This document shows positions 1 to 11,921 of a DNA stretch of 64,000 bases, piece after piece. The translations under genes were made by a program, and so were the position numbers. Under the pieces are notes generated by a model. It had not been told where the DNA came from and did no database searches. It saw only the letters and a program-made list of their open reading frames with translations. The stretch's first letter is position 1. Every line of letters starts with the position of its first letter. Location of the stretch: NCBI GenBank assembly GCA_965153285.1, contig OZ229112.1; one strand, 5' to 3'. The DNA is from Podarcis tiliguerta (taxonomy: Eukaryota).

Positions 1-166
1 CCTCCTTCAGGCCACAGCAGCTAATAACATTTTCTCTGAAAAGTTCATATCAATGCATTTTAAACTCCCAAGTGACTCATTTGATTAGCATCTTTCTTAT
101 GCTTCATTTAAACAAGGGGGAAAATACTGAATATATGAAATGAACAAATACGAGAATGTGGATATA

Positions 167-424
167 CCGTATTTTTCGCTCTATAAGACGCACCAGACCA
201 CAAGGCGCACTTAGTTTTTGGAGGAGGAAAACAAGAAAAAAAATATTCTGAATCTCAGAAGCCAGAACAGCAAGAGGAATCGCTGTGCAGTGAAAGCAGC
301 AATCCCTCTTGCTGTTCTGGCTTCGGGATAGCTGCGCAGTCTGCATTCGCTCCATAAGAAGCACACACATTTCCCCTTACTTTTTAGGAGGGAAAAAGTG
401 AGTCTTATAGAGCAAAAAATATGG
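167..424. mobile_element. Tc1/pogo(Tigger)-like MITE, family A, copy 1 (258 bp)
   Basis: TIRs CCGTATTTTTCGCTCTATAAGAC / GTCTTATAGAGCAAAAAATATGG; TA on both flanks (165-166, 425-426); internal palindrome; near-identical copy at 15720-15978. Confidence 0.9.
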
Positions 425-1715
425 TAAATATTCTGCCATTCAAATACCCATTGAATCTGTACAGTTTGGATTACGGACTGCAGATGAAATCAAACAGATT
501 ACCAATTATATTTTCCCTTCTCAAGTATATAGGAGGATTTCAGCATTTTGGTTAATGTAACTAAACACCCTCTGGATGTGTACGTTTGCCAATAAAACAA
601 AAACAAAAAGCCCTGAGATTTTCTCTTCCTGATCTCTAAATCAAAAATTAATCCCATTTAAATATTATTTTTGCAAAACAAATGTGTATCTGGGCTAGAA
701 ACCAAATTTTAACCCAATGAGATTTGAAGCTGCTCAGGAAATAAACCTTAGGAAAAGAAACTCAACTCCACAGGATTTATCACAGTAACACTAAAGTAAT
801 GAGCATATGCTATGTATTGCAGTAGCTCAGTTATAATGCCTGGACAGCCAAACAAGATCTTCATACCAGCTTTGCTGCCTTCTATTCTGTATTAAATAGG
901 TAGATATTTCCCCCTGGACTTATGTAAAATTCATGAGGTGTGTATTTAGTATTGACATGGAACACTGGAAAGGAAGTGATTGACGCTGTAGGGGGAGAGC
1001 ACAATCTGAACTATAATTTGGCCATTTTTCTATCTTCATTCATTCCAGAGATAAACTGTATACATTTTGCCTGGTTCAAAGACATTATGAGGCCGATGAC
1101 AGATACTGAGACCCACTGGTGCCAAACTGTGGATCCCAGCAATTATGACACCAAGGTCACACACAAAAAGCACATTTGTGTTCCACAGGAGATATCAGGA
1201 TTCAGACATCTTGGGCCAATAAACAAATGGTTTACTGGACTGGAAGTGAGTTGTGTTACTATATTTCCTTGACTTTCCCTTTCTCTTGTCCCTTCATGCA
1301 TTTGGCTTCAGCTATTTCCTGGTCCTTTAAGCCATGGTCTCCTGCAATGTTTGAACTGGGAGACTATAGCTTAAGCTGGCCAGAACAGAGGTGCAGAGAC
1401 AGTTGTCTCCTTTTGTGAATGGAAGCTCCTACCATTAATGGAATGAAAAATTAGGACCCAAGGCTATGAATCTACAAAGACGCTAAAGTTACGGGATATC
1501 TAATTCACATTAAGGCTGCAGTCCTGTACACACTACTGGCATCCTACTGAAGACAATGGGTGTGATTAAACTAAGCTGTTGTGTGCGCAGAACTGTCCAC
1601 TCATTAAATGGGACTTCTCCCTTCTTCTCCACATGCACTGCGTGCCCCTTAAATCTGCTATGGGGGTTATGGGGACCCCCCTCAGAACAGGCTTAGGGGG
1701 CACATGGGGGAGGAG

Positions 1716-2210
1716 CAAGGCCGTAGCTAGGGGGTTGTGAGGTGGACCCCCACCAGGGGTGCAGGCGATCCCGCACCCCCAAAAATTGACTGAAAAATAT
1801 GTCCATAAATATACAGTGGTACCTGAGGTTAAGTATTTAATTCGTTCTGGAGGTCCATTCTTAACCTGAAACTGTTCTTAACCTGAAGCACCACTTTAGC
1901 TAATGGGTCCTCCAGCTGCTGCCGCACCGCTGGAGCACAATTTCTGTTCTCATCCTGAAGCAAAGTTCTAAACCTGAGGCAATATTTCTGGGTTAGTGGA
2001 GTCTGTAACCTGAAGCATATGTAACCTGAAGCCTATGTAACCCAAGGTACCACTGTAAATATATCGATTATTGCCTCATAAGAAATGGTTTTAAATAGGG
2101 GGAGAATTGAATGGGGGGTGGAGGAGAGGCAGAAATATGAGCTATTTTGTCCATGGAGAGCAATCTGGACGGTTCCGCCAAGGGCGCAAGATCACCTAGC
2201 TATGGCTCTG
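1716..2210. mobile_element. Non-autonomous hAT-like DNA transposon
   Basis: TIRs CAAGGCCGTAGCTAGG / CCTAGCTATGGCTCTG; 8-bp TSD gggaggag / ggtaggag (7/8). Confidence 0.75.
1814..2055. mobile_element. Tigger/pogo-like MITE, family B, copy 1 (242 bp)
   Basis: TIRs CAGTGGTACCT / AGGTACCACTG, TA TSD, internal repeated AACCTGA motifs. Confidence 0.9.
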
Positions 2211-2644
2211 GGTAGGAGAGGGGGGAAAGTCCCACTGCATGAGTGGATCTCATTCCCTCTATGTGCATGTCCTCTACATTGAATTCCACTCAATGGGGTT
2301 TAAGCTAATAGTGTACAGTATGGAATTTGTGCCTTAGACTGCAATCTTATATTCACTTATATTCACAAAAAATCTAGGCAGTCTACATAGAATAATATAA
2401 TATAATTATCAATGCTACATAGATAATACACAACTATGCTTCTGAATAGGCATAGATAGAGTTGTGATGTTAAGCTGTTTTGACTAAATCCCTCAAACCA
2501 AAGCAGTGCCATTGTCTTGAGGATTGCACTGTTTGGATGCTTTAAAAAGCATGCCTTACTGAGAACACGCTGAGTTGGGAATCTATATTTTATCTCCTTT
2601 GCAAATTCACCTTTGAATTTAGGGACATTTCAGATGTTTTAATC

Positions 2645-3235
2645 CAGGGGTGGGTAGAAGGCAGATGGTGATGTACCATTAGATCACTGAGTGATTTGGT
2701 GCAGATCAGCAGGGCTTCTGACTCTCAGCTGTTTAACAATAAGAAGAACAAAAAAGTTGCTGAGATGAAAAGAGCAGAACGGTGGGAAAACCAGAAGTGT
2801 GCTTCTGTGTGACCAGATCGAGAGTTCTGTCCTGAACTGGATGGGGCTAAGCATGTGCTTGGAGCACTCTTTTCCTTGATTCTGTGTTGCCTCTAACACT
2901 ATTTTGCCCCTGGCTCCGTTTGGTAGATTTCAGGGTTTTATGAAAGAAAAAGAAGGGCTCGTATCCAATGAAATAGTTCCACTAGTGCAAGGACTTCTGG
3001 CTGCACAATGGAACTTCCTGTCCCTCTATTCTCCCTGCATGCTCTCATGTGTACTCCCTAGATCTGTTCCGGGTTCCCCCCAACCCTTTGGCACTGATTT
3101 GGGGAGCGGGCATGGAAAGAGACAAAAGGAAGGGGGAGTTCTGTTGCACAAATTAAAGTTCTTGTGCTAATGGAACTGCTTCGTTGGATAAGGTCCAGGG
3201 TAGATCCTTCAAGCCTGAAGTCTACCCACTCTTCC
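2645..3235. mobile_element. Non-autonomous hAT-like element
   Basis: TIR CAGGGGTGGGTAGA / TCTACCCACTCTTC; flanked by 8-bp TTTTAATC at 2637-2644 and 3236-3243. Confidence 0.6.
2955..3196. mobile_element. Palindromic MITE nested in the hAT-like element
   Basis: ~40-bp imperfect terminal inverted repeats (tatccaatgaaatagttccactagtgcaaggactt / aagttcttgtgctaatggaactgcttcgttggata). Confidence 0.6.
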
Positions 3236-4040
3236 TTTTAATCTATAGATTATAGGTGATGAAGTTTTTTTGTGATTTTCTCCCAACGTTTACCATGGCC
3301 TCTAGTCATGTGCTGCCTTATTAAAGTACTTATTGCCACAGGCCTAAAATAGAAACGTCAAAAACTCTTCCTGGAAATTAAAAATTGTGTGTTTGCCAAT
3401 GATTGGTGAAAGACTGCTGCTGCTGTTAATTTTTCCATAAATGACAGGGATATTTAAAAATGCTACATAGGGTCACTATAAACTTTGGCAGCGTGGGCAA
3501 GCCACTAATCTTTTACATGTAGCCTTGGACAGTTGGGGTGCAGAATAAGCAATAAATAGGCATATGCTAAACGCTGAGGACAGAAAGGATAATGTATTTC
3601 ATTTCCATATACTTTATCATAGACTTTCTGTAGACAGGATCTTCCTTCTCCCCATAGCCTGGGCACTCCATACTTCCATGGCATATGAAGTAGGAGTGCA
3701 CAGCAGTTTCAGTGAATCCTGAGCCAAATCAGGGTGCTTTGGAGCAATTCAGAGCTTGGCCAAGCTGATATAGGATTTGTATGAGGCAACATAAACTGAA
3801 GCAGGGACCACCAGAAAAACTTGTTGATGCCTTGGCAATTCACTTCTGTTGTTTGTTTGTTTGTTAAAAATGCTGCTGGTATTGAACACTGGTCATTATC
3901 AAGTTGCAGAGTGATGTCATAAATCTTTACTCAGGTGGAAGTCCCACTGAATTAAAGGGGCCTTACTTCTGAGAAAACACACATAAGGTGGAATTGGGCT
4001 GTCCGTGATGTTAGTCTCCTGTGCCACAAGGGATGGAAGA

Positions 4041-4354
4041 AGGGCGGTAGCTCAATGGTAGAGCATCTGCCTTCCACATCTCAGGTTCAATGGTTCAATC
4101 TGCAGCATCACTTGGTGTATCTGGGAAAGACCCCTGCTATGAACCATAGAAAGCTGCTGCCCCTCAATGTAGTCCAGGCTTTCCTAAACTTGGGACTCCA
4201 GCTGTTTTTGGAGTACAACTCCCATGACCCCAGTAGTCAGGGATGATGGGAATTGTAGTCCAAAAACAGCTAGAGACCCAAGTTTGGGAAACCCTGAGTA
4301 GACTATGCTGAGCTGAATGGACCATCAACTTGATTTGGTATAAGACAACTTCCT
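4041..4354 (+). mobile_element. Decayed tRNA-derived SINE interrupted by a MITE
   Basis: A-box-like TAGCTCAATGGTAGAGC, B-box-like GGTTCAATC, tail ...ggtataagacaacttcct; related copies near 9290, 14977, 44390 and 49312. Confidence 0.7.
4175..4296. mobile_element. Fold-back hAT-like MITE (family C)
   Basis: Near-complete palindrome (aaacttgggactccagctgtttttgga ... tccaaaaacagctagagacccaagttt); degenerate TSD atgtagtc / a-gtagac. Confidence 0.8.
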
Positions 4355-4601
4355 ACAAAAACCTCAGACACTTGCTTATAGTTCTCAGAACCAGTCCCAA
4401 CAAAAACATGGTATTAACATACTAATACTAGTAAAACAACTAAATATTAATACAAAATAGTAAGCATGATTCTTTCCCCATTTCCTTAAGAGTCTCCAAC
4501 AAAGCCAATGGTATGAGGTCTTTGCATTATGAAGCCCTGGTTTATTCCTCTGCAACACAAGGTAGAAATGTACCTGAAATGGTTAGGTGCAAGATTTAGA
4601 C

Positions 4602-4738
4602 CAGTGTTTTCCCAAACTTGGATCTCCAACTGTTTTTGAGCTGCAGTTCCCATCATCCCTGACCACTGGCTCTGCTAGCTAAGGATAATGGGAGTTGAAG
4701 TCCAAAACCAGCCGGAGAGGTAAATTTGGGAAACACTG
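4602..4738. mobile_element. Fold-back hAT-like MITE (family C)
   Basis: CAGTGTTTTCCCAAA / TTTGGGAAACACTG termini; 8-bp TSD atttagac / atttggac. Confidence 0.85.
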
Positions 4739-4789
4739 ATTTGGACTAATCACATATTAATTAGAATTATAAAATAATTTAAGTGCATG

Positions 4790-5480
4790 ACATGGATATC
4801 AACACTAAAGAGAATCAGCCAAAGCCATAAATCAAGTATCAATTGAGCTATATAATACTAAAATGCTGTTTCCAACTAGGAGTGCCTCATCTAGCCCATC
4901 AACACCAAATTTAAAGAATGTGCTTCTAGAAAGTATTGAGGCTCTATCTTGGGGGTGTCTCCAGGATAAGAAATTCCCACATTTGTGAAGTTGACTTTCT
5001 ACATGTGCTTGTGGAGTGGAGTGGACTTGTAAACTCAATGCATTCAAAAGATTGTTCTTGAAGATCATGATGGAAAAGAAGTCACATAGCAGTCTTTAAC
5101 TGATCAAGATATGCTGATCAGTGAATTCCTTTCCCCTGCCACCTGAGAAGGATTCTGACTGGATGTTTGCAACTCTTTTATGATCCTTTATGATCCTTCA
5201 CGCTACACCAAAAGAAGACGAAAAAAAAGAGCTACAGCTGGAGCAAGGAAACAAACCCACAACCCATTGATTGAAGTGCTCAGTGACAGACTGAGAAGGA
5301 TATGAATGGCTATATTTGAAAGCTCCTTCATCTCTGTGGAATACCCTAAATCTGCCAATTTTTTTGACTATCAACTGCTACATTTAGTTCAAAACATCCA
5401 TCAAAGGACTGTGCAACAATGTATTCAGTCCTGCGAGAAAGCAATCCATTACACTGCTAAATGGCTCTGTATTTAACATT
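4790..5480 (+). mobile_element. Heavily decayed LINE ORF2 3' part (RTE-X-like)
   Basis: Frame-switching residual peptides IELYNTKML, GSILGVSPG and VFSPARKQSITLLNG occur in the order I recall for the post-RT region of squamate RTE-X-like LINEs; many stops and frameshifts. Confidence 0.35.
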
Positions 5481-6302
5481 TGCACAGGCATAACTGCTTA
5501 AGATGCTACGATAATCACCAAATGACAACAGCATGATCAGTGTCAGATCAAGTTTTGGCTTTAGGGTCGAAACAGACGCAACAGGAAGGTCTCTGATCAG
5601 ATCTCCTGGCTGCCATCCCCACTTTGAGGCAGCTGTGAGGGCTGCTAATTTGATCAGGGAAACACTACTGGGGTAGGAGGGTTATTCCTCTCTTCAAAAC
5701 CATTTCCATGATCTACATCTACTCCCAAACCTCCTGTTAGATCCATGTGGAGAAATGCAGATACTAGCACCAAGCCTCTAGGCAAATAAAAGAAAAAAGG
5801 AGGTGATCCTCAAACAGGTGAAAAGAATAAATGAATTTTTATTAAGTTGTCCAACGCAGTTTGATAAAATCTTCATCAGGAGTGGGATGCCTATAACTTA
5901 TCCTAGAACCAAAATAAATATTGTGCTGGTCTGGATACTTTGGAAGGACATTTCTGTCCCAGCACATCAAATTAGAAGTATGTTGAGCAAATTAATAAAG
6001 CTTACATCTGTCTTAGGCAGCTGCATGAGGGTCACTTCATTTAGATGTTGCTTTCCTCTATCTTTTACTTTCACAATACAGCATTGTGGGGTGGTTTAGA
6101 GCAGAGAAAGAGCATTTGGGTGGAAGCCCTAACACCACTCCCAGCATTTCTTTCTGGTCAAATTGGCAGTCTTTCGGATATGCTGAAGTAAAGACAACAT
6201 ATTAGAAGATTCAATCACAGATATCCCGCATTGCATCTGTTTGGGCCATTTGTTCCAACACAACTTGGAGTTTACTTTTCAACAAGACTGGAGCTAACTT
6301 CT

Positions 6303-6420
6303 AACAACAACAACAACAACAACAATTACAATTTTATTATTTATATGCTGCCCATCTGACTGGGTTGCCCCAGCCACTCTGGGCAGCTCCCCCCAAAATA
6401 TTAAAAACATAAAAATACCC
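6303..6420 (-). mobile_element. L2-type 3' tail remnant next to an (AAC)n tract
   Basis: attttattatttatatgctgcccatctgactgggttgccccagccactctgggcagct; a related segment lies inside 25113-25732. Confidence 0.55.
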
Positions 6421-7417
6421 ATACTTAGGTTTGCGCAGTAAAACTGAACATGTAAAAAGTCTACACTTCAATGGGGATCAGTCTCTGTGCAGAAGTAACC
6501 GAACTGCGTTCTTTCTTGTTGTGCAAGCAATTGACATTCTCCTGCATTCTCCTGATACATAGTGGTTTGTGAGAGTGCCATAAAAATGCAGAATGCAATT
6601 AATTTATATTAGGTTACTTTCTTCGGAATTATATTTGGATTACTTAATATATGGAGTTTATTATCCTGAATAAATTTTCCAGAGCACTCAATAATGATGA
6701 ATATAGAATAGTTATTGAGGAAGGCAGAGGGGAGGCATCATCTCTGAGACATGCCCTCCTACCTAGCTAGGTGGTGGTGCCACCTGATGATTACGGACAA
6801 GTCACTTCTCCAAAGCTGACTGCAAAAATTAGAGGATTCTTACCAAAGAAACATGGCAGCAAACCCAAAATCACAAAACATGCTCACACACCAGAAAACA
6901 AAAATCCATTATAGGCCATAACAGGTCTATAAAAACAAACTAGCGCACATCAACTGGATTGTATGCCTGTAAAACAGAACTAAAAACTGTAAGTTATATA
7001 GAGGGAGAAATTATAAGGAATGCATCTCAGGGAGCCTAACCCACATATTCCTGTTGTCCAGAAAGAAGCATGGCTTCAATGGACACCTGTGGTGGGAGGC
7101 TGCCCTCAAAGACACGAATTAACAAGAATGAGAACATTCCCACTTTCTCTGAGGAAAGGTAAGAGAACAACCATCCTCTGAGATGAATAATGGCAAGTCT
7201 GCTCACAGGGAGGTAGCTCAGGGAACAATGGAGATAGTGACCAGCACTTTCAGAGATGCTGATGAAGTTTCACAGAGTTTGTGCTACCCAATCTATACTC
7301 CCATGTCACATATGACCTTGGGAGCCCTCTCATCCTCTGAAGGAATGACTGCTGAAGAGGACAGTGCTGCAATATAACGTGTTAAGTGGAGGAGGACAAA
7401 GATGAAGGAGAGGACTT

Positions 7418-7642
7418 GAGCCAATGTGGTGCAGTTGATAGGGTGTTGGACTAGGATGTGGGAAAACAGGGTTCAAATCCCCATTGAGCCATAAAGTTAA
7501 TTGGGTGACCTTAGGCCAGTGACTATTCTTCAGCCTAACCTACCTCAGAGGGTTGTTGTGAGGATCAAATGGGGAGGAGGAGAAGCATGCACACTGCCTT
7601 CAGCTATCTGGGTGAAAGACAGGATGTCAATGTAGCAAATAA
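7418..7642 (+). mobile_element. Old tRNA-derived MIR/Squam3A-like SINE
   Basis: tgtggtgcagttgatagggtgttggactagg head, GGTTCAAATCC B-box, gggtgaccttaggccagt and cagcctaacctacctcagagggttgttgtgagg body. Confidence 0.75.
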
Positions 7643-7914
7643 GAGGGGGAAGCCCACCATCTTGAGCTAAAAGGGGGGGGGGAATGCATAACAAGTAGAT
7701 TGTGAAAGGGGAGAGTTAATTTGAAGCTGGCTGTATGAAAACAACAACAGCAACAACAAAGGGAGACCTGCAAGAAAAGGTAGTAGTATAATCCCGCCCC
7801 TAACAGGAATGCCCATATTCAGGGCTTGCAGGGCAAGGGGATATTTCAGGAAGCAGGAAAGGAAAAAGGGAAACCATTTTCTTTCCTGCTCTCTGAAAGT
7901 CTTTCCCTATTATA

Positions 7915-8258
7915 AAGATAAAGGTAAAGGGACCCCTGACCATTAGGTCCAGTCGTGGCCGACTCTGGGGTTACGGCGCTCATCTCGCTTTATTGGCCGA
8001 GGGAGCCAGTGTACATGTGGCCAGCATGACTAAGCCGCTTCTGGTGAACCAAAGCAGCACACGGAAACGCCGTTTACCTTCCTGCTGGAGAGGTACCTAT
8101 TTATCTACTTGCACTTTGACATGCTTTTGAACTGCTAGGTTGGCAGGAGTAGGGACCAAGCAACGGGAGCTCACCCCCTCGCGGGGATTCGAACCGCCGA
8201 CCTTCTGATCGGCAAGCCCTAGGCTCTGTGGTTTAACCCACAGCGCCACCCGCGTCCC
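7915..8258 (-). mobile_element. Sauria SINE (Squam1, POMU-type), full length
   Basis: Minus-strand head GGGACGCGGGTGGCGCTGTGGGTTAAACC with GGTTCGAATCC B-box; (ACCTTT)n tail; approx. TSD tattata / aattata. Confidence 0.92.
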
Positions 8259-8399
8259 AATTATACTTAGTGCTAAATAGCTCAGGTTCAGGGCTGACTG
8301 CTTTGATCAACCTGATGCATATGGGACGACATGAGTGTATGAGTCCTCTCCTCAATTATGAACTCCAGCAATTGGTAGAGTTTGGAGACAACAAATAGT

Positions 8400-8560
8400 C
8401 ATTCTAGCTAGTGCTCATGGATAGCCTCCAGGTGTTTGTCTAATCCCCCTTTATAACTATTCAAGTTGGTGGACATGTCCACATCTTGTGGTAGCAAATT
8501 CCATTGACTAACTATGCGTTGTGTAAAAAACAGTACTTTCTTTAGTGTGTCCTTAGTCTG
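8400..8560 (-). mobile_element. CR1 LINE 3' remnant
   Basis: Reverse complement of the KYFFTQR..WN.LPQDV...GLDK-type CR1 end. Confidence 0.6.
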
Positions 8561-9289
8561 GGACTGAACTTTGGGGCCCGATCCAGAGAAGAACTCTAAA
8601 CAGGCTCTGGGGTTTTATAGCATTCTAGTAACAGTTTAATCACTGCAAGGAAAAGATTTCATTAATTGGGAGAGGGAGTTTATCAGAAACGTTAGTTGTT
8701 CATTCTGCTCACGTAGAAGTCAAATTCTTATTGATTTCCATGAATCCTAAATTAGGCCACCGTAGCAGCTCGGCTCTGCAGCTTTCTGTTAATACCTCCA
8801 GACAGATATGGTAGAATTGCTTGCTTTCACAAAGTGCTGCATTGTCAAATGTTTGTATTCCCACCCCCCCCACCCCAAAAGGGAAAGCTATTGTACTGTT
8901 AAATATTTGTTGCATTTCCAGTAGTGGGTTTAAGAAATGGCATAGAAGCAGAACTGTACCCATTTATATTCAGAAATCATCTACACCATACTGCCCGAAG
9001 GCTAAATTCAAACACAGATATGATTCCGCCCCCCAAAACTTTAAACCTGGTTCTTAACTATGCAAAATACATGGGTGCTCTTACAGGTGTGAAGAGTGAG
9101 TTTGCTTGTGTAGAACTAGGCACCTGTCTCTTTACAAACTTGGAATGGACATTCTGATCCTTCCCTGCTAAGGTACAAAGCAACATTTTATGTGAAGCCC
9201 TTGCATATTTCTCACAAAGCACATGCTCAATAACTCACCACCATCTTCTTTTCACGCAAGGGAGTTCTGATGCCAACTGCAGTACTGGG

Positions 9290-9462
9290 GACATAAGAGA
9301 CTGCCTTACACTGAATCAGAGCCCTTTATCAGTCTAGCTCAGTATTCTACATGGACTGGTGGCAACTCTCCAGGGTTTCGGGCAGGGAAAAATCTCAACC
9401 TTACTTGGAAATGCTGAGAATTGTACCTGGGACCTTCTGTATGCAAAGGGAGGCTTTAACCC
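9290..9462 (-). mobile_element. Decayed tRNA-derived SINE (same family as 4041)
   Basis: ctgccttacactgaatcaga...ctagctcagtatt tail and cctgggaccttctgtatgcaaa head in reverse orientation. Confidence 0.6.
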
Positions 9463-11841
9463 TTTCAATCCCATGTTGTTATCTCCCCCACATTTTTGCT
9501 ATCCCCACCCCTTCCCCAAGTGCTATTTCCTGCAAATAAACAGGTCCCTGCTCTGCCTTTGTTACAGAATGAAGGTATCAGGACCAAGGGGTTGTGCCAA
9601 AGGAAGGAAACATTTACATCAAAGAAGAGAGAGGGGAGGAGAGATGTAGACAAGGTGGGTTCCAGCAGGACCATTCTCCCCAAAGAGGAAGTACCAAGAC
9701 AGTGATAGAAGGGTATCTAATGAAAGGGGTTTTCCAGGGGAACAAAAGAGGTGGAGATGGCCAGACTATTTTCTCAAAAGAGAGGCACTGAATGGTTGTA
9801 TTTGGTGCTAGATGTAAACCTGCAGATGAAAGCAGAGCTCTTGGTATCGCTAGTGATTGAGTAGCAGGGTGTTGTCCTGATTGCATTAGAGGGAGATTGG
9901 CTTTTGAGAGTCCCAGACTTTCACAGCCAAGGGCAATTAGGATGGCAACCTCCATTTTCTGGCCCAATCAAGGATGGCAGTCAGCCTTAGCTGTCAATCA
10001 TTATTGTCTTGGTTAGAACCCATTGCCAGCTTAGCAACTATTAGAAAAAGATGGAGCTAGGGACAGCAAAGTAGACATGATCTGGCAACAGAGCTTCTGA
10101 TGTGAACTTGAAAGTTTCTGAAACTAAAATAGCTGTGTCAACATCATCTATCATGCTTTTATAACACTTTTAGGGTAATGGTCAACACAGCTTATATTAG
10201 ACTGACTTGTTTTATGTTGGTTTTATGCTGTAACAATGAAAGGAAGCTTTCTCTTGAAAAAAAAATGAAGGAAATAAATAAGAAAATATTTGAGATATAT
10301 ACCCAGAAGAAGTCCCTGCAGAGTGATGTCTCCACAAAGGCATGAATGGACAAGTTTCCAGCCTGAGCATTTCACCATCCTGTACCTAAAAATGTCACTA
10401 CTTTGAAGTCCTGCCCTGGAGAGTCCTGCAGAGACTGAAGAAGGAACTGTGCAAAAGGAAAATTCTCAGTGCTCTTTTTAGACACATAGTGAAGCTTCCA
10501 GCCTTGCAAGGCTGCGTGGAATCAAAATTTTCAGGTCTGACATTTTAAACAAAATGTATATAGAAAGAACTTTTACAGGGACAGTGTATTTAGGTCGTTC
10601 GAAACATTTTTATCGTTTTCTCTTGAGATCTATCTCATGGGGTTCTTGGATGCCCAGAAAATATAAAGTATAAGCTTGCAGAAATCCCCAAAGGTTGGGA
10701 CAGTTCAAATGCCTAGTGTAGTCCCACTGTGATTAATAGGGGGACATGAGTGCAAGCGAACATGAACTGCCTTGAGGCCCCTTTGGGCCCAAAGGCAGGG
10801 ATAAAAATAAATTAAAAGTGACCTGAGAGCCGAGTCCTGAATCACTGCACCAGCAAATAAGTTAGGGCACAGGGTGAGTTGTTCCACTTGTAAGACTTCT
10901 GACACAAGACCTGGTGTTACATTGGCTTTACAGGGGCATTATGCTGTTATTTCAGACATGCATGTCGACCCCACCAACATCATTGGTATACTTGGGCATC
11001 TGCCAGGGTCCATATCCTAGGAGGAGAAGAGCTGCCTACCCCCTCACCCATCTTCCCCCTCTGGTGCTTTTTAATGAGCTGCTTCTGAGGTACAGGTGTG
11101 TGAAAGAGTGGGAAGAGTCAATGGCAAGTAGGGTGAAGAAAAACACAATCAGGAAAGGGAAGAAGTAGGAAACAGTTAAGTTTAAAGGATTTTATGTGCA
11201 TGTTGTAATTTGAGATGCTTCTACATTGGTCTTTTTCAAGGCGGGGCTTCAGGGATGCAATTGTGAAGTTTCAGTTACCAATGCGATTCTTATATTCTGC
11301 GGCCACTTACCTCTGAGGTAGGTGGGGGGAATCTTCAAATTGCAAAATGAAACAAACAGCACCATCTACTCGCTTGCCAAGGCACAATTTGATGCAACAA
11401 AGCATCTCACAGAAAGCAGAGGTTATACCACATCTCACTTAGATGAATCCAGTAACTCATTGTATCCTCGGTACTCGTTCACGTCTTTTGGACCTTCTGT
11501 TTGATAATCTTATGGAGGCGTGGGAAAGTTTCTGAGAGACTGCAGTGCGGCATACTACCCAGCACAGTAGCAACTTAGCAAGGAAGCAAAGGATTCTGTC
11601 AGACCTCTGTGGGTGTTGCTCTGCACCCAGAGTTCTCAGACACTAAATGTGGGAAATGCATATAAATGGAGCTTTGAAGACACCTCCCCCTCCTTTTATT
11701 AAATCTCTGCCTTTTAAAGCAAAAAGCGTATCTGCAAGGTCAATGTGTTCCTTTTTCTAAGTTTATTTGGAAAAGTTGTCTTAAGAAAAGTTGGTCATGC
11801 TCTAGGCTTCTTTAATATATATATATAGTAAAGTCCACATG

Positions 11842-11921
11842 GAAGACAGAAGTGCCTGGCGTGCTCTGGTCCATGGGGTCACGAAGAGTCGGACATGACT
11901 AAACGACTAAACAACAACAAC
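11842..11921 (+). mobile_element. Bov-B LINE (RTE clade), 80-bp 5'-truncated insertion
   Basis: Bov-B 3' end ...ggtccatggggtcacgaagagtcggacatgact...(CAA)n; 12-bp TSD aaagtccacatg at 11830-11841 and 11922-11933. Confidence 0.92.

Larger units (their letters stand above)
1558..2290. mobile_element. Old palindromic MITE, host of nested insertions
   Basis: Left arm (tccactcattaaatgggacttctccc) and right arm (ggggaaagtcccactgcatgagtgga) are imperfect inverted repeats; similar in layout to 2955-3196; boundaries approximate. Confidence 0.5.

Noticed and set aside
1814-2055. Regularly recurring AACCTGAAG motifs as a CRISPR-like or iteron array
   Set aside because: They are subterminal repeats of a TA-flanked MITE present five times; there are no unique spacers, and the DNA is eukaryotic.
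9560-10090. Further solo-LTR-like segments (also about 28780-29100, 30780-31200, 31535-31900 and 58357-58750)
   Set aside because: The composition suggests old LTRs, but I could not confirm TSDs or reliable termini, so they are not listed as features.
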